Made by a program: the position numbers and the translations under genes | Notes under the pieces: model-generated | Database searches by the model: none | Told to the model about the DNA's origin: nothing | What the model saw: the letters and a program-made list of their open reading frames with translations, nothing else | Origin: Bacteroidota bacterium | Lineage (GTDB): Bacteria > Bacteroidota > Bacteroidia > Flavobacteriales > Schleiferiaceae | Assembly (NCBI GenBank): GCA_003385605.1 | Contig: QQUU01000038.1 | Location: 18,182-82,181 of the forward strand | DNA: 64,000 nucleotides | Direction: 5' to 3' | Part shown: positions 8,668 through 18,132 of the stretch, piece after piece | Layout: the number at the start of each line of letters is the position of its first letter | Position numbering within the stretch: position 1 is the first letter of the stretch

Positions 8668-9252
8668 ATGGCTATATACCAATTCCTTGATTTCATTCCC
8701 GTAGTACATCCTACGGCCTTCGTACATCCCCAAGCGAATGTGACGGGCGATGTAATCGTTGGGCCGCATTGTTACATCGGACCCGGAGCTGTACTTCGTG
8801 GCGACTGGGGCAGGATTGTGCTCGAAGAGGGCGTGAATGTTCAAGAGAATTGTACCGTACATATGTTTCCAAAAACCGAAACGCGCCTCAAGAAGATGGC
8901 GCATGTAGGACATGGGGCGATTATTCACGGCGGGACGCTGGGTGAGAATGTACTCATCGGGATGAATGCCGTAGTGATGGACAATGTTGAGGTCGGTGAA
9001 GGCTCTATTGTGGGCGCATTGGCTTTTGTGCCGCAGAATACAGTCATTCCGCCAAGGAGCATCTTCGTAGGCAACCCCGGCAAGGTGGTCAAGCAAGTCA
9101 GTGATGAAATGCTCGAGTGGAAAACGGAAGGAACGAAATTGTACATGGAGCTTCCGAAGCAATGCCAGGATACCTTGAAAGAGGTGGAGCCGCTGAGGGA
9201 ATTGGAACCCAACAGACCAGAACATACAGGAACCTATCAAACACACAAATAG
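8668..9252 (+). CDS. paaY: Hexapeptide-repeat (gamma-carbonic-anhydrase-like) protein, PaaY-like
   Basis: 194 aa with left-handed beta-helix hexapeptide repeats (IGPGAVLRGD, IGMNAVVMDNVEVGEGSIVG), located between paaJ and paaZ. Confidence 0.7.
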   Translation: MAIYQFLDFIPVVHPTAFVHPQANVTGDVIVGPHCYIGPGAVLRGDWGRIVLEEGVNVQENCTVHMFPKTETRLKKMAHVGHGAIIHGGTLGENVLIGMNAVVMDNVEVGEGSIVGALAFVPQNTVIPPRSIFVGNPGKVVKQVSDEMLEWKTEGTKLYMELPKQCQDTLKEVEPLRELEPNRPEHTGTYQTHK

Positions 9253-11292
9253 ATGAACACAGTTAAGAATTACATCCTTGGAAACTGGGAGGCAGGCAGC
9301 GGCACGGAATACACGGCGCGCCACGCGATCACGGGGGCAGAATTTGCTTCTGTGAGCTCAGAAGGATTGGATTACAAGGCTATTTTAGACTACGCCCGAA
9401 ATGTCGGAGGTCCTGCCCTGCGCAAGATGACTTTTCAGGAGCGCGGACGCATGCTAAAAGCGTTGGCACTGCACTTAACGTCTATCAAACGCCAATTCTA
9501 TGATGTGAGTTGGGCCACTGGGGCCACCAAGGTGGACAGCTGGATTGATATTGAAGGGGGAATAGGCAACTTATTCGCCAATGCATCCCTCAGACGCCAA
9601 TTCCCAGACCTTCCCTACTATGTGGACGGCGACCTTGCCCGTCTTTCAAAAGAAGGTACATTCATCGGTCACCACATCATGGTGCCGCGCCACGGGGTAG
9701 CAGTCCATATCAATGCGTTTAACTTCCCTATTTGGGGGATGCTCGAGAAAATTGCGGTCAACCTGATGGCAGGTGTTCCCGCAGTAGTGAAGCCGTCGGA
9801 ATATACCTCCTACCTCACCGAAGCGATGGTTAAGGCCATCATCGACAGTGGTATTTTACCGGAAGGTGCCCTTCAACTTGTGAGCGGTAAGGGACGCGGC
9901 ATTCTTGACCACGTCGATTTCCAAGATATTGTCACCTTCACGGGTTCTGCAGCTACCGGGCAGGTGTTGCGCGGACTTCCTCATTTGAACGAGCGCTCGG
10001 TGCCGTTCAACCTAGAAGCAGATAGTTTGAACGCTGCGGTGCTGGGTCCAGATGTGAAGCCAGAAGATCCGGAATTTGCGCTATTTGTACGTGAATTGGC
10101 CAACGAAATGACGGTGAAAGCCGGACAGAAATGTACGGCTATTCGCCGCGCCATGGTGCCGGAACATTTGTTGCCTTTGGTTCAGGAGGCAGTGATTGCG
10201 CGCTTGCAAAAGACCGTGATTGGTGATCCTCAAGCCGAAGGTGTGCGCATGGGAGCACTCGCGACGCACGATCAGATCGGTCGTGTAGAGGCGGAGATGA
10301 ACAAGCTGATGGCCGAACAGGAATTGGTCTTTAATCCAGACCTCGACCTTGTAGGTGCGACAGATGCAGGTGCGTTCTACACGCCAAAACTTTTTGTGAA
10401 TAGCGATCCATTTGCCAAGACCAAGGTCCACGAGGTGGAGCCTTTCGGTCCAGTGAGCACCTTGATGCCGTACAAGACTATAGATGAGGCGGTCCAATTG
10501 ACTGCTATGGGACGCGGTTCTTTGGTGACGTCGTTTGTGAGTAAGAACACTTCTGATATTGTTGCATTTACTTCTGAGGCGGCCGCCTACAATGGTCGTA
10601 TTCACATCATCAACGAGAAGATGGCCAAGGAAAGTACCGGTCACGGTTCGCCGATGCCATTGATGAAGCACGGCGGTCCAGGTCGTGCCGGTGGTGGAGA
10701 AGAGATGGGCGGAAAGCGCGGCATCTTGCACTATTTGCACCGCACGGCCATCCAAGGCCATCCGGACGATATCACGGCCATTACACAGCAGTACCAGCCC
10801 GGAGCATCGCGTCCTGAGGCTATGCCGCATGTCTTCCGTCAGCACTTTGAGGAGCTGGAAGTAGGTGCTACAGTATACACTGCAAAGCACACGGTTACAG
10901 AGACCGACATTACCAACTTTGCCAATGTGAGCGGCGACAACTTCTACGCACACATGGATGCTACTTCGCTCGAGGGAACCATCTTCGAGGGCCGAGTGGC
11001 GCACGGATATTTCATCTTGAGCAAGGCGGCAGGATTGTTTGTTGAGGCGAAAAAAGGTCCCGTATTGTTGAACTATGGTATCGACGAATGCCGATTCACC
11101 AAGCCGGTTTACCCGGGGGCAACCATCGGGGTAAAATTGACCGTAAAAGAAAAGATCGATCAAGAAAAGCGCAGTGAGGACGATGTGGCTAAAGGCATCG
11201 TGAAGTACTACGTGGAAGTCTACGACGATACCGATGAGGTAGTTGCAGTGGCGACCATCTTGACCATGGTGAAGAAACTAGACCAGAGCTGA
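9253..11292 (+). CDS. paaZ: Bifunctional aldehyde dehydrogenase / MaoC-type hydratase (oxepin-CoA hydrolase / 3-oxo-5,6-dehydrosuberyl-CoA semialdehyde dehydrogenase)
   Basis: 679 aa with an N-terminal ALDH fold (FTGSAATG, NLEADSLN) and a C-terminal MaoC hotdog domain (GDNFYAHMD...RVAHGYF). Confidence 0.85.
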   Translation: MNTVKNYILGNWEAGSGTEYTARHAITGAEFASVSSEGLDYKAILDYARNVGGPALRKMTFQERGRMLKALALHLTSIKRQFYDVSWATGATKVDSWIDIEGGIGNLFANASLRRQFPDLPYYVDGDLARLSKEGTFIGHHIMVPRHGVAVHINAFNFPIWGMLEKIAVNLMAGVPAVVKPSEYTSYLTEAMVKAIIDSGILPEGALQLVSGKGRGILDHVDFQDIVTFTGSAATGQVLRGLPHLNERSVPFNLEADSLNAAVLGPDVKPEDPEFALFVRELANEMTVKAGQKCTAIRRAMVPEHLLPLVQEAVIARLQKTVIGDPQAEGVRMGALATHDQIGRVEAEMNKLMAEQELVFNPDLDLVGATDAGAFYTPKLFVNSDPFAKTKVHEVEPFGPVSTLMPYKTIDEAVQLTAMGRGSLVTSFVSKNTSDIVAFTSEAAAYNGRIHIINEKMAKESTGHGSPMPLMKHGGPGRAGGGEEMGGKRGILHYLHRTAIQGHPDDITAITQQYQPGASRPEAMPHVFRQHFEELEVGATVYTAKHTVTETDITNFANVSGDNFYAHMDATSLEGTIFEGRVAHGYFILSKAAGLFVEAKKGPVLLNYGIDECRFTKPVYPGATIGVKLTVKEKIDQEKRSEDDVAKGIVKYYVEVYDDTDEVVAVATILTMVKKLDQS

Positions 11293-11621
11293 TGAATTTC
11301 GAGCGGTTTCCCGGCGCACAGTACGCCAACATATTCAGTTACCTGCCTTCAGACGATAGAGAGGGCTATGCGGAATTGGACGAAGAGACCCTACACTTGG
11401 TGGGGGACGTTCCAGGATATGTGGGGTACGAGAGCGTGAAAAATGCCGAGGGTCGCAGCATCTTTATCAGCTATTGGCAGAGCATGGAGGCAGTGAACGA
11501 GTGGCGTGCGAACGCCCGTCATAAAGTCGCTAAGAGCCACGGGAAACAGTGGTATGCGGCCTACCACAGCATGCTCGTTAAAATTGAATATTCAGCAGAA
11601 CACAATACCCAAATACTATAA
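11292..11621 (+). CDS. Antibiotic-biosynthesis-monooxygenase (ABM) domain protein
   Basis: 109 aa, ferredoxin-like ABM pattern (GYVGYESVKNAEGRSIFISYWQSMEAVNEWR). TGATG overlap with the paaZ stop. Confidence 0.6.
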   Translation: MNFERFPGAQYANIFSYLPSDDREGYAELDEETLHLVGDVPGYVGYESVKNAEGRSIFISYWQSMEAVNEWRANARHKVAKSHGKQWYAAYHSMLVKIEYSAEHNTQIL

Positions 11622-11624
11622 CCT

Positions 11625-12398
11625 ATGAACGAAGCAGTGAACCAAGGCGGTGTAAATGTGGCCGTTGACGATCGCGGTTTAGCAACAGTTGAATTTTTCC
11701 ACCCGCTGTCCAATTCTTTGCCGGGAAAGGTCCTCGCGAAATTGGCCAAGACCATCACGGAACTAGGGGAAAACGATGCCGTAAAACTCATCCTTGTGAA
11801 GAGTGCGGGCGAACGTGCCTTTTGTGCCGGGGCCAGCTTTGACGAGCTCATAGCCATTGAAGATTTAGATACGGGTAAGGTCTTTTTTAGCGGCTTTGCC
11901 AACGTGATCAACGCCATGCGCAAGTGCCCGAAGCTCATTATCGGCCGCGTTCAAGGGAAGGCTGTCGGCGGTGGTGTAGGCCTCGCCTCTTCGGTAGATT
12001 ATTGTTATGCGACCAAGCACGCGGCGGTGAAACTCAGCGAGCTGGCGGTGGGCATTGGACCGTTTGTGGTGGGCCCTGCAGTAGAGCGCAAGCTCGGGTT
12101 AGCTGGGATGTCAGATTTAGCGATTAATGCCACAGAATGGCGCTCAGCAGAGTGGGCCTTCCAGCGCGGTTTGTACAATGATATTTTCGAAGATGCCGCA
12201 GCCATGGATGAAGCCATCGAGGCTTTAGCGGGCCGATTGTTGACCAAATCTGTTCCAGCCATGCGCGGATTGAAGAAGGTCTTTTGGGAAGGCACCGAGC
12301 ATTGGGATGAATTGTTGGCCGAGCGCGCTGCGATCAGCGGCGAACTGATCCTGAGCAAGGAAGCCAAAGATGCCATTGGTGCCTTTAAAAGTAAATAA
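11625..12398 (+). CDS. Enoyl-CoA hydratase/isomerase (crotonase) family protein
   Basis: 257 aa with the crotonase oxyanion-hole motif AFCAGASFDE and GKAVGGGVGLA. Probable PaaF/PaaG role from context. Confidence 0.8.
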   Translation: MNEAVNQGGVNVAVDDRGLATVEFFHPLSNSLPGKVLAKLAKTITELGENDAVKLILVKSAGERAFCAGASFDELIAIEDLDTGKVFFSGFANVINAMRKCPKLIIGRVQGKAVGGGVGLASSVDYCYATKHAAVKLSELAVGIGPFVVGPAVERKLGLAGMSDLAINATEWRSAEWAFQRGLYNDIFEDAAAMDEAIEALAGRLLTKSVPAMRGLKKVFWEGTEHWDELLAERAAISGELILSKEAKDAIGAFKSK

Positions 12399-13240
12399 TG
12401 CGCACACTTTTCCTAGCCGTTCTACTGATTCCTCTAGCTCTTTTGGGGCAAAGTGATACTGCGGCAGCGGGTTATCACAGGCAGGCGATTTACAGTGTTT
12501 CAGGCGCTTTTACAGAGGTAGATAATTGGAATGCAGGAGGAGAGAACAGTTCAAACGTGAGCTTTTTGTTGCGAGAGAATTGGACCAAGAAAGGCATAAA
12601 TTTTACGACTGTTCACCTGCTAGAAGGAAACTACGGATTGAGTAGGCAGGCAGGCACACTGACTAAAAATGCCGATCGTTTAGAATTTACTACAACACTT
12701 ACTGGCTCGCCCAAGACGACGGAATGGAACCTATCTAGTCAGTTTAATGTGCGCACACAGCTAGCACCTGGGTACGCAAAAGGAGACACTTCAGGCGTAC
12801 CTATTTCAACTTTTGGGGCACCCATTTACGGCCAATTCTCCTTCGGTGTAGGGAATAACTCGTTCGAACATTGGCAGGTGTTTTTATCGCCTCTGGCCGG
12901 TAAGAGTACTACGGTTTTAGATGCGGATTTAAGAAACAAAGCCGCTTTTGGTGTAGATACTGGGGCCACATGGCGTTTGGAAGCAGGTGCTAAGATTACC
13001 CTGAACTACAACCAACAGTTCAGCGAAGCATTTTCAATCACTGCGAAGTCTGATATTTTCTACAACTATTGGGGTCCACTCTCAGCGACCGATTTTATGC
13101 TTGACATCATCGCTCTGTATAAGATCAAAGAGGCGTTCTCCGTCAATGCTCATGTCCAACTCATTCGGGATATCGATCAAATAGATGCCTGGCAACGCCG
13201 TTCGGTGCTAGGTGTAGGCCTAGCTTATACAATCAAGTAG
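12398..13240 (+). CDS. Putative outer-membrane beta-barrel protein (DUF3078-like)
   Basis: Signal peptide MRTLFLAVLLIPLALLGQ, a NWNAGGENS motif, and an alternating beta-strand pattern ending in an aromatic-rich strand. TAATG overlap with the upstream gene. Confidence 0.5.
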   Translation: MRTLFLAVLLIPLALLGQSDTAAAGYHRQAIYSVSGAFTEVDNWNAGGENSSNVSFLLRENWTKKGINFTTVHLLEGNYGLSRQAGTLTKNADRLEFTTTLTGSPKTTEWNLSSQFNVRTQLAPGYAKGDTSGVPISTFGAPIYGQFSFGVGNNSFEHWQVFLSPLAGKSTTVLDADLRNKAAFGVDTGATWRLEAGAKITLNYNQQFSEAFSITAKSDIFYNYWGPLSATDFMLDIIALYKIKEAFSVNAHVQLIRDIDQIDAWQRRSVLGVGLAYTIK

Positions 13241-13424
13241 TTTTTCTCAACCTCCGCTCCCTTCTCCAAAGCAAGAAAAAGAGGAGAATGAGCCCCGGTT
13301 GGAGCACCACAAAAACGAGGATGTTGGCGAGGTAGTAGCCGTAGCCGTATTCGCCCGGAGCGCCGCCCATCACTTGGAGGATGTAGACGCACTTCATAAA
13401 GAGGTCAGTGATAAATGCTTCCAT
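13233..13424 (-). CDS. Small hypothetical membrane protein (63 aa)
   Basis: One clear hydrophobic helix followed by a basic tail (WRRERRLRK). No homology recognised. It overlaps the convergent gene end by 8 nt. Confidence 0.3.
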   Translation of the reverse strand: MEAFITDLFMKCVYILQVMGGAPGEYGYGYYLANILVFVVLQPGLILLFFLLWRRERRLRKTT

Positions 13425-13457
13425 GAAGACTTAACGCGAGGCGAAAAGTTATCGTAC

Positions 13458-13482
13458 AAAAAAAGCCACCCGCGGGGTGGCT
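13458..13482 (-). terminator. Intrinsic terminator of the minus-strand amylase/biotinyl/DUF4399 transcription unit
   Basis: On the minus strand: AGCCACCC-CGCG-GGTGGCT hairpin followed by TTTTTTT. Confidence 0.75.
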
Positions 13483-13507
13483 TCTCTAAGTCAATTAATT
13501 CTGAGAG

Positions 13508-13978
13508 TTACTTCACAAACACCTTGATCGAGGCGCTCATGTCGCGGCCGTAAGAAGCGTGTACACCGTTGGCGAATTGCATGCCTAAACGAACTTCGCC
13601 CATTGGTAGGGTTACTGTATCTGAAGTTTGACCGCCGCCGTAATGGATATTTACGCTATCTGCAGGAACCACTTCACCTTTTGCGAGGAATGCATTACCA
13701 ATCAATAGGTGGTGGTGGCCTGTGCCTTCCACGATCTCACCCGCTGGGCGCACTTCCATGCCTTCCACACCGAACTCAACGTAAACAGGGTTGCTTACGG
13801 TATCGCCGTTTTCAAGATTGGCGAAGAATACGCGGCCAGTAGCTTCGTCCATTTCCTCCGGAGCCATGCTCTCGTGGTTGTGGTCATGGCCTTCGTGGTT
13901 TTCTGCCGGTGCTTCGGCTGGCTGGCTACAGCTAAATGCGATAGCGCCTAGCGCTGATAGTAGGAGTGTTTTTTTCAT
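13508..13978 (-). CDS. DUF4399-like lipoprotein with a His-rich N-terminal linker
   Basis: The MKKTLLLSALGAIAFSC lipobox start at 13978 is preferred over the track start at 14023. ENHEGHDHNHES tract and a GTGHHHLLI motif. Confidence 0.65.
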   Translation of the reverse strand: MKKTLLLSALGAIAFSCSQPAEAPAENHEGHDHNHESMAPEEMDEATGRVFFANLENGDTVSNPVYVEFGVEGMEVRPAGEIVEGTGHHHLLIGNAFLAKGEVVPADSVNIHYGGGQTSDTVTLPMGEVRLGMQFANGVHASYGRDMSASIKVFVK

Positions 13979-13979
13979 G

Positions 13980-14480
13980 TTATTCAAAGTCAATAAGTAC
14001 ATTATTCTTTTCAACAGCATCACCCACCGAAACGTTCACGGATTTTACCGTTCCGTCTTGTTCGGCCTTGAGCATGTTCTCCATTTTCATGGCTTCTAAG
14101 ATGAGTAGTCCTTCACCTTTGGCCACCGTTTGACCAGGTTGTACCATCACGTCGAGCACCTTGCCTGGCATAGGCGCTTTGAGCTTGGTAGCCTTGGCAG
14201 AGTTTGCCGCAGACATGCCCATTTGCTCGAGAAGGAGGTCATAGTGGTCCTTGGCGTTTAGCTCTAGCAATTGGCCGTTGATTTTCAGCGTAAAGGTCTT
14301 GCCATTTTCGCTGCGCTCCACCCATTGCACGTAGTAGGATTTATGGTCCTTTAAAATGTGCCAAGTGCGACTGTCGATTTTTTCGATGTCTAGGTTGTAG
14401 TAAGTGCCGTCGAGCAATCCTTCCGCAGGGTTGGTATCTGGCGCAACTTCAAAGGTGTTCTTTCCTGTGATCTTGTACAT
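13980..14480 (-). CDS. Biotin/lipoyl-attachment domain protein (BCCP-like, orphan)
   Basis: The C-terminal ~70 aa has the biotinyl-lysine motif LEAMKMEN and PMPGKV. The N-terminal ~90 aa is unassigned. Confidence 0.75.
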   Translation of the reverse strand: MYKITGKNTFEVAPDTNPAEGLLDGTYYNLDIEKIDSRTWHILKDHKSYYVQWVERSENGKTFTLKINGQLLELNAKDHYDLLLEQMGMSAANSAKATKLKAPMPGKVLDVMVQPGQTVAKGEGLLILEAMKMENMLKAEQDGTVKSVNVSVGDAVEKNNVLIDFE

Positions 14481-14506
14481 GTGGTGGTTCTTTTACGAGT
14501 TTAAAG

Positions 14507-15856
14507 TTACTCGTTAGCCTCCAAAGTTTTGGTGTAGATTTTCGCTCCGTGTGTAGCAACAATCAATTCTCCTGCATCCTCACCAACAACAACTTCACCG
14601 CCACCGAAGGCGAAATAGCCGTTTACTTGGTCTTCACCTAGCGTTCTAGAGATCATCACAGTGTTGGCCGCAGTATCTGTAACTAAGTTCATTTCGCCGC
14701 CATAAGCACCGTTCCACAAAGCAGGATGGTTGTGCTTTAATTCAAAAAGGGAGGCATAGAAATCAGCATGATCTGGATTCGCGGACCAATTCACACCTAC
14801 AGTATCCTTACTAAAGAATGGGAATCTGTAATCGATCCCAGCTTCTTGACCGGTGTACAACAATGGGAAACTTTGGTCCATCATGAAGGCAAGTGCAAAG
14901 AAGGCGCGCGCATCGTCGCCCATGCGCTCAATAGCGCTGCCCTGCCAGCTGTTTTCGTCGTGGTTGGAGGTGAAGTACAACTTCATTGCATCGTCGCCAT
15001 ATACGGTATCGTTTTTAGCCGCATAGACCTCAAGATCATAAACGCTCTTGTGGCCCTTGGCAATGTCGTTCATCATGTGGTGCAACTCCCATCCGTAATC
15101 TGCGTTGAAAGTGCTGAGCAAATGCGGCTCGCTCCATTCAGCGAGGAAGAAAAGTGGTCCGTGCTTCTCGCGCAACATTGGAATAGTGTGCTCCCAGAAG
15201 GCATAAGGCACCATTCCGGCCATATCACAGCGGAATCCGTCGATGCCTGTGTTGCTCACCCACCAGTCCATTTCTGCCGCCATAGAGTCGGTCAAAAGCG
15301 GGGTGTCATAATTCAAATCGGCCACGTCAGTCCATCCTGTTTTGCCGCCGTCGTTTCCGATGGCTTCCATAGGATAGCTGCCGTCCTCATCGCGCGTGTA
15401 GAAATCGTCGTTCGTTTCGACCCAAGGGTGGTCCCAAGCACTGTGGTTGGCGACCCAATCGAGTAATACATGCATACCCAACGCGTGTGCCTCATCCACG
15501 ATAGCCTTAAAATCTTCAACGGTTCCAAAAGCTGGGTTGACCGCGGTGTAATCTTGGATGGAATAATAGCTGCCGAGCTCGCCTTTGCGGTTGCGCTCAC
15601 CGATAGGTTGGATGGGCATGAACCAAAGGATATCCACGTTCATCTCCGCCAAGCGAGGGAGGTGCTCCTTGAAGGCATTCAAGGTTCCTTCCGGCGTGTA
15701 TTGGCGGATGTTGACTTCATAAATATTTGCGTCTTTCGCCCACTCTGGAAGCTTTGCGTCTTCCCAGGTTGAGGTGGTTTCAGGTGCCGATTCCGGCGCG
15801 TTGCAAGCCGCCAAAGTCAGGGCAGCTGCCAATAGGGTAATGATAGATTTATTCAC
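14507..15856 (-). CDS. GH13 alpha-amylase family lipoprotein
   Basis: Lipobox LTLAAC. GH13 regions LDWVANH, GFRCDMAG, FFLAEW and FTSNHDE. Confidence 0.85.
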   Translation of the reverse strand: MNKSIITLLAAALTLAACNAPESAPETTSTWEDAKLPEWAKDANIYEVNIRQYTPEGTLNAFKEHLPRLAEMNVDILWFMPIQPIGERNRKGELGSYYSIQDYTAVNPAFGTVEDFKAIVDEAHALGMHVLLDWVANHSAWDHPWVETNDDFYTRDEDGSYPMEAIGNDGGKTGWTDVADLNYDTPLLTDSMAAEMDWWVSNTGIDGFRCDMAGMVPYAFWEHTIPMLREKHGPLFFLAEWSEPHLLSTFNADYGWELHHMMNDIAKGHKSVYDLEVYAAKNDTVYGDDAMKLYFTSNHDENSWQGSAIERMGDDARAFFALAFMMDQSFPLLYTGQEAGIDYRFPFFSKDTVGVNWSANPDHADFYASLFELKHNHPALWNGAYGGEMNLVTDTAANTVMISRTLGEDQVNGYFAFGGGEVVVGEDAGELIVATHGAKIYTKTLEANE

Positions 15857-18095
15857 GTTCTAAGATTTCAGTTTGATAAGTAAAGTTGTCTGCAGGTACA
15901 GTTATGCCCCATTTTTCTAGGTAGCGGTCTTCATTACTGTTGTTAAAGAAGAAGCGCACTTCTTGTTCCATATACTTGCGTACAATGATGAGCAGGTGTG
16001 GTTCAGGTTGGTAAACGGTCGTTGAACCGTAGTTCAAGGCCATGATATTGCTCCGATTTTCATTGAGTCGCGCAATGCGATCAAAGAGCTCCTGCTGGCG
16101 TGGTGAAAAGTCGAACGGCATCATCTTTCTGTTGTCCGGGTCGTTCCCCCCGTGGAGGGCAATCTCGTCCCCGTAGTAGAGGATAGGAATGCCTGGAACT
16201 GCGATATTGAAAGCGTGCATGGCGGCCATTTTTCTATACCCACGCTCTGTAGGTTCTGGGATTTCGCGTGTCCAACCGGCTAGCTTGCTGTCTTCGCTCA
16301 TGCTGAGGTGTCCAGAGGCCATAGAGGAGAAGCGCGGCTTGTCCTGATTGCCAGAAATATTACCCATCAAATGGTGGTGGCCGTAGTAGGTCAGACTACT
16401 CTCTAAAGCCTTGCGCAATCGGTCGAAGGTGGCCCCTTCTTGCGTGAACGCTTCGAATGCGGCATCGTAGAGGTTGAAGTTGAATTGGGCATCTACTTTG
16501 CCGCTACCGACATAGCTGGCAATGAGCTCATCCGAGCCGTAGGTTTCCCCAATCTGGTACACATGGTCATCGCTTGCAGCACGAATTTTCTCTGTGAGCA
16601 AACGCGTAAAATTCATCGGGATGTGCTTGGTTGCATCGTGACGGAAGCCGTCGAAATCATATTCTGTGATCCACACCAGGGCGCTATCGCTCATTAGTTC
16701 TGCGACGGTATCGTTACGAAGTTCGAGGGTCGGCATGAAGGTGTCGAACCAAGTCGTCAAGCGTTCCTCGTCCCAAAGTTGGGTGTTGAGTCGTCCGTCT
16801 GCCGTGTATTTATTGGTGGCCCAATTTGGATGTTTCTGGTACACCGGGTGTAACTCATGGACGTGGTTGGCTACATAATCTAGAAGTACATTTTGCTCCT
16901 TTGCATGCGCATCGTCGAGGAACAAATGCAGCTCTTCAGGTGAAGCGAAGCGGTGGTCCGGTTTGATATTGCTCACAGGCCAATATCCGTGGTATCCAGA
17001 GAACGTACTTACGGGTCCTCCTTGGTTCCACAGGCCCCAAGCATTTTCTGGGTTTTGTGTGATTGGGCTGATCCAAAGCGTGTTGGTATGGAGGGCATCA
17101 AAATACCCATCGGCCAATTTTTGGCGCAATCCCTCGACATCTCCTCCTTGATAGTTGGCACGAGGGTGCACGGCCGAGTCCTGAACCGGCTGATCGTTTC
17201 CAGGGTTGCCGTTGAAGAATCGGTCCACCATCGCGAAATACATGATGGAAGTGTGCCAATCTTTACGGTCCAATTCCTTTGTATCATGAACCACCTCGCC
17301 AAACTTCAAAGGGATCAACCAATCTCCGCCTTGCTGGCCGTTTCTCGCGGTATATAATCTGATCCATGCACGTTCCCATTCCTGGGCATCTGCAGGAATA
17401 GCAATGCTTAGTCCGTCCTCATCGCGTACAACGTCAATCACACGGTTGTTGAAGAATGCCAAAACCTCTTGGTCTTCCGGGATGCTAGAAAATCGGAGGG
17501 CGCCTTCGTGCACGAATTGGAAATCAATGGCTACAGGGGCTTCACCGCCGCCGCCTTCCACGGTCAAAACATTGTTGAAGCTTCCAAATCCATTTGGTAC
17601 GGTTACTTCATTCGAAGGATCCAATACTTCTTCGCCGTTCACGACGAGTTTGTAGGCATATTCACCGGGTGCAAGTACTAGTGGTGCTTCCCATGCGTTG
17701 CCGGTCCATTTCAAGAAAGTGGCATCGCTGTTCCAAGCGTTAAATACCCCTTTAACCTTCACCTCTTCTCCTTCGAAACCAGGAATGCTCAAGGTGATGG
17801 CGCGTTTGGCGCCTCTGAATAATGGCAGGTCCATTCCTGAACGATGTGCAGTAATATGCGCGACGTTTAAATCATTCTCTAGGGTGCCGGTAAAAACTTC
17901 GCCATTGTATGAAAGGCCCTTCGGTAATTCAAGCTCACCGCGCATGTAATCGCTAATGACAAAATCGCTCTCTGTACCATGGTGAACATGCGGCGAAGCC
18001 AGATCAGAGGCTTGCATTCGAAGGGGTGCTGAGGGCTGAACGTCACAGGCAGCGAGCGCTGCGCTTATGGAGAGTATGGTTAAAAATTTCTTCAT
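15849..18095 (-). CDS. GH13 family glycosidase with an N-terminal E-set/CBM48-like module (pullulanase/neopullulanase-like)
   Basis: Lipobox ALAAC. KVKGVFNAWNSD...YAYKLVVNGEE module. GH13 regions LLDYVANH, GFRHDATKH and GETYG. Confidence 0.85.
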   Translation of the reverse strand: MKKFLTILSISAALAACDVQPSAPLRMQASDLASPHVHHGTESDFVISDYMRGELELPKGLSYNGEVFTGTLENDLNVAHITAHRSGMDLPLFRGAKRAITLSIPGFEGEEVKVKGVFNAWNSDATFLKWTGNAWEAPLVLAPGEYAYKLVVNGEEVLDPSNEVTVPNGFGSFNNVLTVEGGGGEAPVAIDFQFVHEGALRFSSIPEDQEVLAFFNNRVIDVVRDEDGLSIAIPADAQEWERAWIRLYTARNGQQGGDWLIPLKFGEVVHDTKELDRKDWHTSIMYFAMVDRFFNGNPGNDQPVQDSAVHPRANYQGGDVEGLRQKLADGYFDALHTNTLWISPITQNPENAWGLWNQGGPVSTFSGYHGYWPVSNIKPDHRFASPEELHLFLDDAHAKEQNVLLDYVANHVHELHPVYQKHPNWATNKYTADGRLNTQLWDEERLTTWFDTFMPTLELRNDTVAELMSDSALVWITEYDFDGFRHDATKHIPMNFTRLLTEKIRAASDDHVYQIGETYGSDELIASYVGSGKVDAQFNFNLYDAAFEAFTQEGATFDRLRKALESSLTYYGHHHLMGNISGNQDKPRFSSMASGHLSMSEDSKLAGWTREIPEPTERGYRKMAAMHAFNIAVPGIPILYYGDEIALHGGNDPDNRKMMPFDFSPRQQELFDRIARLNENRSNIMALNYGSTTVYQPEPHLLIIVRKYMEQEVRFFFNNSNEDRYLEKWGITVPADNFTYQTEILERE

Positions 18096-18107
18096 GTTCT
18101 ATGGGCT

Positions 18108-18132
18108 AAAAAAAGGCGCACATGGCGCCTTT
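18108..18132 (-). terminator. Terminator-like hairpin between the GH65 and GH13 genes
   Basis: On the minus strand: AAAGGCGC-CATGT-GCGCCTTT followed by TTTT, about 15 nt before the GH13 start codon. Confidence 0.55.

Noticed and set aside
8000-9324. Antisense ORFs 8000..8557 (185 aa), 8644..9324 (226 aa) and 8925..9212 opposite the thiolase and paaY genes
   Set aside because: These are shadow frames of confidently identified genes. Their composition is low-complexity Ala/Ser/Pro or Arg/His, and no start context or motifs are present.
10081-11163. 360-aa ORF on the minus strand inside paaZ
   Set aside because: It lies entirely antisense to a well-supported 679-aa gene with clear ALDH and MaoC motifs. 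Its translation is Arg/His/Cys/Leu-rich with no recognisable motif, which is typical of a shadow ORF.
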